A stretch of 45,308 nt of DNA, taken from Eubacteriales bacterium (GTDB lineage: Bacteria > Bacillota > Clostridia > Oscillospirales > CAG-382). The position numbers and the translations under genes are program-made. Positions 11,869 to 21,063 of this stretch are shown here, one piece after another. The stretch lies in the NCBI GenBank assembly GCA_045535385.1, contig JAZSLN010000018.1, positions 1 to 45,308 on the forward strand. The letters run 5' to 3'. Numbering within the stretch: the stretch's first letter is position 1; every line of letters starts with the position of its first letter. Below the pieces are notes generated by a model, which made no database searches, was not told the origin of the DNA, and worked only from the letters and a program-made list of their open reading frames with translations.

Positions 11869-11936
11869 ACACTTTCAAATATGAAAGTGTCTTTTTTGCA
11901 TAAAAAGGAGACGCCTTCTTGACGAAGCGTCTCCTT
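11869..11936. repeat. 68-bp direct repeat, copy 2
   Basis: Differs from 9611-9678 only by ttaacg vs ttgacg in the hairpin loop; 13 nt downstream of the lipoprotein stop. Confidence 0.95.
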
Positions 11937-11949
11937 CGGGTGATTATAT

Positions 11950-12993
11950 TTAATTAAACTCCAAAATATATCCCTGCGAACCGTTAAACACCCACGCGCG
12001 GTTATTATACGGCTGTGAGCCGCAATCGAATCCGTCGGGAGTAAGGTTGAATCCGCTTGACGAGACATAATAATATCTTCCGTCCTTGACAGCGAGATAA
12101 ACACCAACGTTTTCATTCGTCTGGCCGCTTATCACAAGGTCATATTCAAAAGGAAGAACGATACTTCCGTCTTTGACGATACCGTATTTTCCAAGCGCGG
12201 AAGTGTCGATATCAACAATCCCGTTTTCCATATAGTAGAGATAAATCGAATCCTCGGAGGAGTAATATCTGCAGTCGACAGTACCTTCGCCCACGCTTCC
12301 GTAAAGAGCATGGTCATAATAATACACTTTTCCGTCCGCTTCGGAATATATCGCGTTCACATCTTCAAGTCCATGTCCGTCGTGGTCGTTCAAGGTGTAC
12401 GTTACTATCGAATTATCGTTCTTATCTCGTACAAATCGTATAGAATAGGACGAATTGTGAGAATTAAGGTCGCCCGAAAGAAAAGTCCCGTCGCAGCAAG
12501 GATAAAGATATTTCCCGGAAATCGCGTGGAAATACGCGCCGTTTACCGAATCGAAAAAGCGTGTAACAATACCGTCATATACTGCAGTAATCCCTACGTT
12601 GCAGTTGGTGATACATTCCGTAGCGGAAAGCGCACTCTCTTTGGTGAATGCGATTCTATATCCCTTTGCATCCCGAATGTGATTTATGTTATAAATCGGC
12701 ATCAATCCGTCTTCATCCTCGGGCGGAAACTCGGGCGCGCTCGAATCCTCAACCGAGCTTTCCGAAGAAATCTCCTCGGAGGAATCTTCGGTCATATCCG
12801 AGCTTTCAAGCAAATCGCTTTCTTCGAAATTAACGGATATATCCTCCTTCGAAACGGCGAATGAGCTTTCGCCCGACATATCCGATGATGCCGAATTTTC
12901 AACCGACGATTCATGCGCCGTGTCTCCACAGGCAGACAGCAAAACGGCAAATAACAAAATAAACGCTAAAACCGAAGCAATTGTTTTTTTCAT
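11950..12993 (-). CDS. Hypothetical lipoprotein, Ser/Glu-rich linker, C-terminal WG-repeat-like segment
   Basis: Lipobox LSAC; ESS-rich linker; GKYGIVKDGSIVLPFEYD...YLAVKDGRYYYV resembles WG beta-repeats. Confidence 0.7.
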   Translation of the reverse strand: MKKTIASVLAFILLFAVLLSACGDTAHESSVENSASSDMSGESSFAVSKEDISVNFEESDLLESSDMTEDSSEEISSESSVEDSSAPEFPPEDEDGLMPIYNINHIRDAKGYRIAFTKESALSATECITNCNVGITAVYDGIVTRFFDSVNGAYFHAISGKYLYPCCDGTFLSGDLNSHNSSYSIRFVRDKNDNSIVTYTLNDHDGHGLEDVNAIYSEADGKVYYYDHALYGSVGEGTVDCRYYSSEDSIYLYYMENGIVDIDTSALGKYGIVKDGSIVLPFEYDLVISGQTNENVGVYLAVKDGRYYYVSSSGFNLTPDGFDCGSQPYNNRAWVFNGSQGYILEFN

Positions 12994-13012
12994 AATGACT
13001 CCTCGATAAGTT

Positions 13013-13717
13013 TCATTCGATTATCATAGGCTTAAAGTCCAGCCAATCAGCGGCGACAAGCGTAAGCTGAGCTCCTGCTATCTGGTGATAGAGTCGGCCT
13101 TTTTGCGCGCCGTGGAGATGTCCGTAAAACACTCGCTTTATTCCGTATTCGTGAATAACCTCACAAATACGTTCGCATTTCACCGAGCCGTAAGCAGGAG
13201 GATAATGCAAGAACACGATTATTTCTTTGTCGGGATTATCTTCCTTCAGCTTCAGTCCCGCGAGAATCGAGGTGCGGAGTCTTTCGGCTTCGCGGTTAAC
13301 GATTTTTTCATCATCGGGGCCGTAATTCGCCTCGGGAAACCAGCCTCGGGTACCGCAGATTATAAAGCTCTCGGCAACGTAGGCGTTATTAAAAAGAAAA
13401 TCGATACTCGTCGCGCCGACTTGGTCACGAAACTCGTAAAGCTTCTTCATCGTCTGCCACCAATAATCGTGGTTGCCCTTTGCGATTATCTTTTTTCCGT
13501 TAAGCGAATGGACAAATTCCAAATCGGCGAGCGCGTCGGCAACGCGCATTCCCCAAGAAATATCTCCCGCAATTATTACGGTATCCTCGGGTTTTACTAT
13601 CGATTGCCAATTTTCGCGCAAGCGCTCGGTATGGTTTTCCCACTTCGGGCCGAAAATATCCATCGGCTTATTCGTCGAATGAGAAAGATGCAGATCGGCG
13701 ATAGTGAAAACAGCCAT
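13013..13717 (-). CDS. Calcineurin-like metallophosphoesterase
   Basis: DLH, GD, GNHD, LHYPP and GHLH metal-binding motifs. Confidence 0.92.
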   Translation of the reverse strand: MAVFTIADLHLSHSTNKPMDIFGPKWENHTERLRENWQSIVKPEDTVIIAGDISWGMRVADALADLEFVHSLNGKKIIAKGNHDYWWQTMKKLYEFRDQVGATSIDFLFNNAYVAESFIICGTRGWFPEANYGPDDEKIVNREAERLRTSILAGLKLKEDNPDKEIIVFLHYPPAYGSVKCERICEVIHEYGIKRVFYGHLHGAQKGRLYHQIAGAQLTLVAADWLDFKPMIIE

Positions 13718-13802
13718 TTATATCTCCAACAAAATAATCTTAATGTATTTTTTTCTTCAAAAGTGAAACACTATTAAAAGAAAACAAGAAAGGAAATCCA
13801 AT

Positions 13803-13985
13803 ATGAATCAGATATCTTTTAATCAGGTCCCGAGACACATTCAAGGAATAAGCTGCAGCGTTTCGCACTGTGCTTATCACGACGGTGTTCATTACTGCAC
13901 CGCGCCCCAGATAACCGTAGGTCCTTCGACGGCGAAGAATTGCTCACAAACGGTTTGCGCGACTTTTAAACCCAAACAATTTTAA
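13803..13985 (+). CDS. DUF1540 family small Cys-rich protein
   Basis: GISCSVSHCAYH...CTAPQITVG...TVCATF pattern; AAAGGA RBS. Confidence 0.85.
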   Translation: MNQISFNQVPRHIQGISCSVSHCAYHDGVHYCTAPQITVGPSTAKNCSQTVCATFKPKQF

Positions 13986-13988
13986 TAA

Positions 13989-14020
13989 AAGGCTGTCGCA
14001 AGTCACCTTGTGACAGCCTT
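13989..14020. terminator. Hairpin between convergent DUF1540 gene and thrC
   Basis: aaggctgtcgcaag-tcac-cttgtgacagcctt; T-run follows on the minus strand. Confidence 0.7.
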
Positions 14021-14026
14021 CTTCAT

Positions 14027-15493
14027 TCAAAGCAAGGAATTAATCATTTCCGAAGGCTCAACGGTCTTCGTAAATCTCACCTCAGCCTCACGGAGAGAGG
14101 CGAGGTTCGCAGGAACGGCAACCTTAGTTACGGCGTTAAGCTTATCGAGCGCGTCGAAGTCGTCTTCGGGAACGCTTTCGCCCAAAGCGGAAAGAACCGC
14201 GGGAGCGAACTTATAAGGTGATGCGGTCGAAACAACGAGCATCTTATTCTTGCTTTCGCTTTCGAACTTCTTAGCCGCGCCTGCCGCAACGGCGGTGTGG
14301 GTATCGCAAAGATAGCCGTATTCGCCGAAGAATTCCGAAATAGTTGCTTTCGTTTCGTCCTCAGAGCAGGAATATCCCGCGAAATCGCGGCGGATAATTT
14401 CCATAGATTCGTTATCAAGCGAATAGATACCCTCTTTAGAAAGCTTTTCCATACATTCGCGAGTCTTTTCAGCACCTACGGTAAACCAAAGGAGGCGCTC
14501 CAAATTACTCGAGATGAGAATATCCATCGAGGGAGAAACGGTAGTAAAAAATTCGCGGCGGCGGTCATAAACGCCGGTATTTATAAAGTCGGTAAGGATA
14601 TCGTTACAATTGGAAGCGCAAACGAGCTTACCGAGAGGAAGTCCCATTTTCTTAGCGATATATGCGGCAAGGATATTACCGAAGTTACCCGTAGGAACGG
14701 TAACGTCCAAAAGGTCGCCGTAATTAAGCTCGCCCTCCGCAAGAAGGTCGCAATATGCTGAAACGTAATAAACGATCTGAGGAGCGAGTCTGCCCCAGTT
14801 GATCGAGTTTGCGCTCGAGAAGAAATAGCCGTTTTCGGCAAGCTTTGCCTTCGCGCTCTCGTCGGCAAAGATGGCCTTAACACCGCTTTGAGCATCGTCG
14901 AAATTGCCGTTGATCGAAACGACCTCGACGTTATTTCCCTTTTGGGAAGCCATTTGCTTTTTCTGAATATTCGAAACACCGTTTACGGGATAGAATACCT
15001 GAATACGGACTCTGTCGATATCGCAATAGCCCTCGAGCGCCGCTTTTCCGGTATCGCCGCTCGTCGCAACGAGAATATACGCGTCCTTTTCCTCGCCGGT
15101 CTTTCCGAGAGAAAGCGAGAGGAGGTGGGGCATAATCTGAAGCGCCATATCCTTAAACGCGCTCGTCGGTCCGTGCCAAAGCTCGAGGAAATACTTACCG
15201 CCCACCTTCGAAATAGGAGCGGCAGGGCCGTTGAATTTCGCCTCGCTGTATGCCGCCTCTGCAGCCGCGCGAAGCTCGGCTTCGCTGTAATCATCGAGGA
15301 ATAGCGAAAGAATATAGGTCGCTCTTTCGGTATAGCTCATCTTCGCAAGCGCCGCAATCGTAACCTCGTCAAGCGAGGGGATCTCTTCGGGCACATAAAG
15401 ACCGCCATCGGCAGCCAAGCCGTTTTTTATAACGTACGCGCTCGGAAAACCCGATTGGTTTTCTTTAGCTGTACGAGTGCTTACAAATTTCAT
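14027..15493 (-). CDS. thrC: Threonine synthase
   Basis: GLAADGGLYVP, ELWHGPTSAFKD (PLP lysine), ATSGDTG, SANSINWGRL, PTGNFGN, STASPYKF. Confidence 0.96.
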   Translation of the reverse strand: MKFVSTRTAKENQSGFPSAYVIKNGLAADGGLYVPEEIPSLDEVTIAALAKMSYTERATYILSLFLDDYSEAELRAAAEAAYSEAKFNGPAAPISKVGGKYFLELWHGPTSAFKDMALQIMPHLLSLSLGKTGEEKDAYILVATSGDTGKAALEGYCDIDRVRIQVFYPVNGVSNIQKKQMASQKGNNVEVVSINGNFDDAQSGVKAIFADESAKAKLAENGYFFSSANSINWGRLAPQIVYYVSAYCDLLAEGELNYGDLLDVTVPTGNFGNILAAYIAKKMGLPLGKLVCASNCNDILTDFINTGVYDRRREFFTTVSPSMDILISSNLERLLWFTVGAEKTRECMEKLSKEGIYSLDNESMEIIRRDFAGYSCSEDETKATISEFFGEYGYLCDTHTAVAAGAAKKFESESKNKMLVVSTASPYKFAPAVLSALGESVPEDDFDALDKLNAVTKVAVPANLASLREAEVRFTKTVEPSEMINSLL

Positions 15494-15909
15494 AATCTGT
15501 TTTCCCAGTCCTTTATATGGTTTACTTTACCCGATTCTTTATCGGGCGAAAGATATATTTCGATAACATCGATACGCTCTTCACGTATCCGCCGTCTTTT
15601 TTCGATGCCGAACGGATAAAAAACGGGAATCCTGCCTCCCGAACCGTACGCGGTAATAAAATCGCGGGCTGTTTTGCGGATCCGAGCCAACTTCTCTCCG
15701 TCGACCGCATCGGACGGACGACCGTAATCGTCATTAGAGCGCGCCTTGACCTCAAAATAGGCAAGAACGCCGAATCGGTAGGCGATAATATCTATCTCGC
15801 CTCCGCGCGCTTTATAGTTGCGCGATAAGATACACCAAAAGCGTTTTTTCAGATATTTTTCGGCGATATCCTCGCCTATATTTCCGAGTTGTTTAGCGGT
15901 TTTCATCAT
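15490..15909 (-). CDS. yraN: YraN (UPF0102) family putative endonuclease
   Basis: GNIGEDIAEKYL, NY..RGGEIDIIA, FEVKAR; usual position after rnhB. Confidence 0.88.
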   Translation of the reverse strand: MMKTAKQLGNIGEDIAEKYLKKRFWCILSRNYKARGGEIDIIAYRFGVLAYFEVKARSNDDYGRPSDAVDGEKLARIRKTARDFITAYGSGGRIPVFYPFGIEKRRRIREERIDVIEIYLSPDKESGKVNHIKDWENRL

Positions 15910-16514
15910 TTGTCACCGCAAATCTTTTTTAGAAAGCTCGGACGGTGAAGCGGGCTCATTCCGAGCGACAAGATCGCCTCTCTGTGTGCCTTGGTGCCGT
16001 AGCCCTTATGCTTTCCCAAGCCGTATCCGGGATAAAACTTTTCCTCTTCGTCCAAAAGCCTATCCCTCGTAACCTTAGCCAAAATCGATGCCGCCGCGAT
16101 AGAAGGACAGGTCGCGTCGCCTTTAATAACAGGCACTGCACGAGTTTCGAATCCTCGCACTACGTTTCCGTCAACCAAAACCAATTCCGGTTTTGATTTC
16201 AATTTGCCGACAGCGCGATTCATCGCAAGCATCGATGCGTTAAGGATGTTAAGCTTTTCTATTTCGTAAACCTCGGCATGACCGATAGCGTAATCGACGC
16301 AGTTTTCGAGAATCGTGTAATAAAGCGCTTCGCGCTTTTTATCGCTTAACTTTTTCGAATCGTCAAGACCTTCGATAACGAGTCCCTCGGGAAGTATTAC
16401 CGCCGCGGCAACAACCGGTCCCGCAAGCGGACCTCTGCCCGCCTCATCGCAACCGCAAACGACCGTTTCGCCTTCATGTCGGAAGGATATTTCGATTCCC
16501 CAATCAAGTGCCAT
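15906..16514 (-). CDS. rnhB: Ribonuclease HII
   Basis: GCDEAGRGPLAGPV, DSKKL, LVDG, KGD, SIAAASILAKVTRD, HKGYGT. Confidence 0.97.
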   Translation of the reverse strand: MALDWGIEISFRHEGETVVCGCDEAGRGPLAGPVVAAAVILPEGLVIEGLDDSKKLSDKKREALYYTILENCVDYAIGHAEVYEIEKLNILNASMLAMNRAVGKLKSKPELVLVDGNVVRGFETRAVPVIKGDATCPSIAAASILAKVTRDRLLDEEEKFYPGYGLGKHKGYGTKAHREAILSLGMSPLHRPSFLKKICGDK

Positions 16515-16532
16515 AAGGTTACCTCAAAAAAT

Positions 16533-17378
16533 TTATCTGTCGAGAGTTATTCTTCCGATCTTTCCTGCGCGGAATTCGTCGAGAATAACGCTTGCGGCGC
16601 GGTCCTCATCAATAACGCCGCCCGAACGGAGGAATCCGCGTTTACGCGCGATTTTTTCGAAAACGTCGTAATCGCTGTCCTCTTCCTCGATAACTATATT
16701 GAATCGCTCGTTTATACAACGCGAATAATGAACTCTTATAATGCCGATAAGACGGCAGGAAAGCTCAAGAGTGTCTAAAATATCGTCCTTTATCGAGCCG
16801 AGGCAGGCAAGCTTAACGCCGACAAGCTCATCGTCAAACTTATGCCAGAGAATACCGGGGGTATCGGTAAGCTCAAGCCCGAGCGAGGGGACGGAGATTC
16901 GCGCATTCTGTCGCGTAACACCGGGTCTGTCCTGCGCGACCACCTTTTTCGTACCGCAAATAGTATTTATAAGCGTGGATTTTCCGACGTTTGTTATGCC
17001 GACCACCATGGCGCGGATAGGACGTTTTATACCTCTCGCCGCGTCGCGCGCAAGCTTTTCGCTCATAAGGGTTCGGATGCCTGCATTAATATTCTTAATG
17101 CCCTTTCCGTCCTTACAGTCGATAGCGATGACCTCACGTCCGGTCGATTTAAGCTTATTTTCGTAATATTTAGTTGAATTCGGGTCGGCAAGCGAGCTCT
17201 TTGTCAAAAGCGTAAGAACAGGCTTGTTCCCGAAAAGGCTGTTAAAATCGGGGTTTTTGCTCGAAAGCGGTGCGCGTGCATCAAGAAGCTCGATAACCAT
17301 ATCGATATTCGGAAGCGCTTCTTTAATAAGGCGCTTCGCCTTCGCCATATGCCCGGGATACCAAACTATATCCGCCAT
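16533..17378 (-). CDS. rbgA: Ribosome biogenesis GTPase RbgA/YlqF
   Basis: WYPGHMAKA, DARAPLSSKNP, NVGKSTLIN, PGVTR, DTPGILW, FRAGKIGRITLD. Confidence 0.96.
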   Translation of the reverse strand: MADIVWYPGHMAKAKRLIKEALPNIDMVIELLDARAPLSSKNPDFNSLFGNKPVLTLLTKSSLADPNSTKYYENKLKSTGREVIAIDCKDGKGIKNINAGIRTLMSEKLARDAARGIKRPIRAMVVGITNVGKSTLINTICGTKKVVAQDRPGVTRQNARISVPSLGLELTDTPGILWHKFDDELVGVKLACLGSIKDDILDTLELSCRLIGIIRVHYSRCINERFNIVIEEEDSDYDVFEKIARKRGFLRSGGVIDEDRAASVILDEFRAGKIGRITLDR

Positions 17379-17391
17379 TATTTACTCCGTT

Positions 17392-18153
17392 TTACTCCAC
17401 GAATCCGAAATCGGGAGCTAATCTTATTATAACACGTCCGATAATACGGTTTTCGCCCATCTGGCCGAATCTCGCGTCGCGGCTATCCGCCGAGTTGTTA
17501 CGGTTATCGCCCATAACGAAAACCTTGCCCTCTTCGATAACGTATTCGGATATGCCGTCCTCACCGCCGCCGTTCATAGGCGCACCGTTCGCCAAAGCAC
17601 GCATCGCCTCGATATACGGCTCATCGAGCTTGACGTCATCAACGTATACTTCCCAATTTTTATGGTCGATACGAACGGTCTGTCCCTCGGTAGCGATAAC
17701 ACGTTTTATAATGGGATGGGGAGAGTCTTCGTAATATTCGGGGTTGATAACGATTATATCGCCGGTCTCGGGGGTATAGAAAAGATTGGAAATGATAAGC
17801 TTATCCTGATTATGAAGCGTCTCGCGCATAGAGGGGCCGTCGACGGTAACATAGCGGAAAACGAACAAAAACAAAACCATCATAACCGCGAGGGCGTAGC
17901 AGAAGGTCTCCAAATATTCATAAAAGGTCGACATCGCCGACTTTTTCTTGTTTTCAACGGGCTCGGAGTCAATATTTCCCTCCGAAACGGTTTCTTCGAC
18001 AGCTTCCTCGGTGGTTTCTTCGGCAATTTCTTCAGCCGATTCTTCGACAGTTTCCTCGGACTCGGACACATTTTCTTTCGAAATTATATCCAAAGCCGAA
18101 TCGACGCTATCCGCTTCTTCGGAAAGGTTATCCTTAGATTCAAATTCGTTCAT
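17392..18153 (-). CDS. lepB: Signal peptidase I with acidic N-terminal extension
   Basis: VDGPSM (catalytic Ser), IIKRVIA (catalytic Lys), FVMGDNRNNSADSR; start placed at ATG 18153 (MNEFES) downstream of the rplS terminator. Confidence 0.93.
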   Translation of the reverse strand: MNEFESKDNLSEEADSVDSALDIISKENVSESEETVEESAEEIAEETTEEAVEETVSEGNIDSEPVENKKKSAMSTFYEYLETFCYALAVMMVLFLFVFRYVTVDGPSMRETLHNQDKLIISNLFYTPETGDIIVINPEYYEDSPHPIIKRVIATEGQTVRIDHKNWEVYVDDVKLDEPYIEAMRALANGAPMNGGGEDGISEYVIEEGKVFVMGDNRNNSADSRDARFGQMGENRIIGRVIIRLAPDFGFVE

Positions 18154-18189
18154 ACAATCACCACAAATAGTTTTTTGTAAAAAAGTAAA

Positions 18190-18215
18190 GGTGTCTGCGA
18201 AAAAACGCAGACACC
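18190..18215 (-). terminator. Intrinsic terminator after rplS
   Basis: Perfect 10-bp stem ggtgtctgcg/cgcagacacc followed by TTTACTTTT on the minus strand. Confidence 0.8.
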
Positions 18216-18226
18216 AAAGAGTCTCA

Positions 18227-18568
18227 TTAGATTTTTTCCTTGACCTTAGCGTTTTTACCAACCCTGTCACGCAAATAGTAAAGCTTCGCACGGCGAACCT
18301 TACCGTATCTTACTACTTCAACAGCCTGAACGTTCGGGGAGTGAATGGGGAAGGTCTTTTCGGTGCCTACGCCGTAAGAAACACGTCTTACGGTAAAGGT
18401 CTCGGAAATACCGCCGTTCTTTCTGGCGATGACCGTTCCTTCAAAAATCTGGGTTCTGACTCTCTGACCCTCGACGATTCTCTGATGAACCTTAACGGTA
18501 TCACCTACATGGAATTCGGGGATCTCGGTTTTAAGTTGCTCATTTGTAAATGCTTTAATGATATCCAA
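18227..18568 (-). CDS. rplS: 50S ribosomal protein L19
   Basis: [42 protein letters not shown]; TTG start with GGAGG RBS. Confidence 0.98.
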   Translation of the reverse strand: MDIIKAFTNEQLKTEIPEFHVGDTVKVHQRIVEGQRVRTQIFEGTVIARKNGGISETFTVRRVSYGVGTEKTFPIHSPNVQAVEVVRYGKVRRAKLYYLRDRVGKNAKVKEKI

Positions 18569-18591
18569 AGCGTTTACCTCCGTTTTTTCTT

Positions 18592-18625
18592 CGTGCGTTC
18601 ATGCTGAGCTGCAGAGGACCGCCGA
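18592..18625 (-). ncRNA. Probable L19 leader (ribosomal protein autoregulatory RNA)
   Basis: Minus strand GCGGUC-CUCUGC-AGCUCA-GCA-UGAACGC hairpin between promoter and RBS; resembles my recollection of the Firmicute L19_leader family. Not checked with a covariance model. Confidence 0.6.
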
Positions 18626-18638
18626 GATTTATCGGTTG

Positions 18639-18667
18639 ATTATACCATACAAAAACCGAAAAATCAA
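18639..18667 (-). promoter_or_regulatory. Sigma-A promoter of rplS
   Basis: TTGATT, 17 nt, TATAAT with extended TG. Confidence 0.75.
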
Positions 18668-18749
18668 GTCTTTTTCAACATTTTCGGTATATTTTTGTCA
18701 ATTTCAATATCTTGTGCGGAGCTTTAATTTTCCACCCAACAAATTGCGT

Positions 18750-19466
18750 TTACCGTCTCGGTCTTACGCGCGAAGCGTAATAAATCATCTGCATTATCGA
18801 GGTTACGAGAGCCGCAACGTACGTTAAAGCCGCCGCGGTAAGAACCTTTTTCGCCCCCGACAATTCCTCTTTATCGAGCGCGCCGGTATTATTTAACGCA
18901 ACAAGCGCACGTCTCGAGGCGTCGAGCTCAACGGGAAGCGTTACGAGCTGGAAAAGTGCAACTGCGGAAAAGAGGATTATGCCTGCGAAATAGATCGCTG
19001 TGCCGAGAGGTATCATCGCCTCCGCGGCATAGGTAAGCATACCTCCGCCGATTATCATAAGCGGTCCGAGCATGGAGCCTATATTACAAACAGGCAAGAT
19101 CGCCATACGCAGCTTTATCGGCGAGTAGTTATAGGCATATTGCAATGCGTGTCCCGCTTCGTGGGCCGCAACTCCGATAGCGGCAACGCTCGTGCTTCCG
19201 TAAACGGGAGTTGAAAGCGAGATCGAGTTATTCCGAGGATCGTAATGGTCGTTAAGATTACCCGAAATACTGCCGATCGCAACGTTATTTACATTTCCTG
19301 CGCGAAGGACCATTCTCGCCGCCTCTGCACCGGTTATACCGCGCTTTGAAGCGATCTTTGAGAACCTTTTGAATCTCGATTTCACGAGAAACTGCGCGCC
19401 CAATCCAAGTAAAAGCGCGGGAAGCATAAATATAAGATATCCGAAATATCCGTAATATCCGAACAA
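18750..19466 (-). CDS. Membrane zinc metallopeptidase (YugP/Zn_peptidase_2 family)
   Basis: LNDHYDP, AAHEAGHALQ (HExxH), TLPVELDASRRA, VLTAAALTYVA. Confidence 0.92.
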   Translation of the reverse strand: MFGYYGYFGYLIFMLPALLLGLGAQFLVKSRFKRFSKIASKRGITGAEAARMVLRAGNVNNVAIGSISGNLNDHYDPRNNSISLSTPVYGSTSVAAIGVAAHEAGHALQYAYNYSPIKLRMAILPVCNIGSMLGPLMIIGGGMLTYAAEAMIPLGTAIYFAGIILFSAVALFQLVTLPVELDASRRALVALNNTGALDKEELSGAKKVLTAAALTYVAALVTSIMQMIYYASRVRPRR

Positions 19467-19482
19467 TTAAATCATCTCCGAT

Positions 19483-20058
19483 TTATTTTTTGAGTTTTTG
19501 TAACGGTACGCTTAGCAAAGACACTACCAAAAGCGCGATTATCATATTTCCGAGCATATAGCTTCCGTTATAGATAAACGAATACAAAACCGCGGTGTCT
19601 CCGCCGAAAACGTTGCCGAACAATTCGACAGAATCGCCTACGGCAAGACGCCAGACCGTAATGCCCGAGATAAAATGCGACAAAAAACGCGCTAAAGAGG
19701 CAACCAACGTACCCAAGATAAGCCCGTATTTTTTGTCCATAAAAATCCCCGACAAGCCGACTGCGCCATACGCGATAACGTAGTCGAAAAGCACCGCGAG
19801 GACACCGTAACCGAAATTACCGCCGATAAGACAGTCAATAAGTCCGAACGCGATACCTGCGGGAACAGCCCACTTAACGCCTCGACGCCAACCGAGGATT
19901 ATAAGCGGTACCATAACGAAATCCACTGCTCCGCCGTTGCCCCAGAGGTCAATACGAAACGGAGGAAAACGAAGAAGCGAGAAAACGACTGCCAACGCAA
20001 TCATTATCGCCGCTTCCGTGAGCGCGTGGAGGGAGGCTTTGATGTTTTTGTCTTTCAT
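19483..20058 (-). CDS. thiT: ECF-type thiamine transporter S component
   Basis: LTEAAIMIALA, DY..AY, RFLSHFISG, YSFIYNGSY motifs; TPP riboswitch upstream; start placed at ATG 20058 (AAAGGA RBS). Confidence 0.92.
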   Translation of the reverse strand: MKDKNIKASLHALTEAAIMIALAVVFSLLRFPPFRIDLWGNGGAVDFVMVPLIILGWRRGVKWAVPAGIAFGLIDCLIGGNFGYGVLAVLFDYVIAYGAVGLSGIFMDKKYGLILGTLVASLARFLSHFISGITVWRLAVGDSVELFGNVFGGDTAVLYSFIYNGSYMLGNMIIALLVVSLLSVPLQKLKK

Positions 20059-20164
20059 AACAAAAGTTCCTTTCTTTAGGGTTTCCCTACCAGCGCGGAA
20101 AAGAGCCGAAAAGACAAAAACGACAAGCCCGCAGACATCGGCACGCAAAGAACGTCTGCTTATG

Positions 20165-20258
20165 TCATATCTCCCTACGGCGGCATTATCCGCATCAGGT
20201 TCATTGGGTATATTCTCAGCCGTGCGTTAAAATTTCACACAGCACCCCATCATAAATA
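20165..20258 (-). ncRNA. TPP (THI-box) riboswitch
   Basis: Minus strand GGGGTGC...GGCTGAGA.TATACCC...GAACCTGAT.CGGATAATGCCG.CGTAGGGA matches the canonical aptamer core; upstream of thiT. Confidence 0.97.
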
Positions 20259-20262
20259 TATT

Positions 20263-21063
20263 TTATTTACTTTCCTGCGAAGCGTCCGAGCTTTCCGCAA
20301 CGTATTCCTTAATGACGACCTCGTCTCCAAAAGAATTATATGTAATCTTAGCACTTATATGCAGATCGATCGTATATTCTTCCTCGGGAGGAGTATATCC
20401 GGGAATATAAGCGGGTGTATCGAACAGCTTCACGTCAAATTCATAACGACAGGAGGTGATTTTTCCGTCGTTGACGGTATAAAAGCACTTCGCGTCCTTA
20501 TATTCGGTCTTGTCCTTTTGGAGATTTTTTATCGAAAAAACAAGCCCGAAAGTTTCTTCGCCGATAATACGCGAGAATATCTCCTTCGAATCGGTACGTG
20601 AAAATTCATAAACCGTACCTACACTCGATTCGATAACCGAAATATCACTGCACTTACCGTCGTGGAGCAACACCTTCGAATAGGGGAATTTCGAGAAAAG
20701 CTCGTTCACGTCGCGCGTTGATTCGTTTTTTTCGCCGTCATCCACGCTGATAACGTTACCGCCCGAAATATAGTTTTGCATAACGCTCGAATCGCCGAGA
20801 TAGGTCTGGCGAAAATCGGCATATGCGGTTTTATTCCCCATATCCCAAGCAATATCCCCGTCAGCTTGATACAAAACAGCATCGTTGCCGAAGGTTATCG
20901 AAATAAGGTATTCGCCGCCGACACGCGATTCTTTATTGATCGCCTCGGCGCAGGAATTGATCTTCTTTGCCGTTTCCTCGGTATTCACCGTGCTTTCGTC
21001 GGCACAGCCGAAAGCGAAAACAATTGAAACGGCAAGGAAAAACAGAACAAGCTTTTTAATCAT
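20263..21063 (-). CDS. Hypothetical lipoprotein, last gene of the Gld-like ABC operon
   Basis: Lipobox FAFGC; ATGA overlap with the upstream gene; beta-rich sequence. Confidence 0.75.
   Translation of the reverse strand: MIKKLVLFFLAVSIVFAFGCADESTVNTEETAKKINSCAEAINKESRVGGEYLISITFGNDAVLYQADGDIAWDMGNKTAYADFRQTYLGDSSVMQNYISGGNVISVDDGEKNESTRDVNELFSKFPYSKVLLHDGKCSDISVIESSVGTVYEFSRTDSKEIFSRIIGEETFGLVFSIKNLQKDKTEYKDAKCFYTVNDGKITSCRYEFDVKLFDTPAYIPGYTPPEEEYTIDLHISAKITYNSFGDEVVIKEYVAESSDASQESK

Noticed and set aside
20081-20100. Second GTAGGGAA motif downstream of the TPP aptamer, possible tandem riboswitch
   Set aside because: The other aptamer elements (GCTGAGA, ACCTGAT) are missing; at most it is part of the expression platform.
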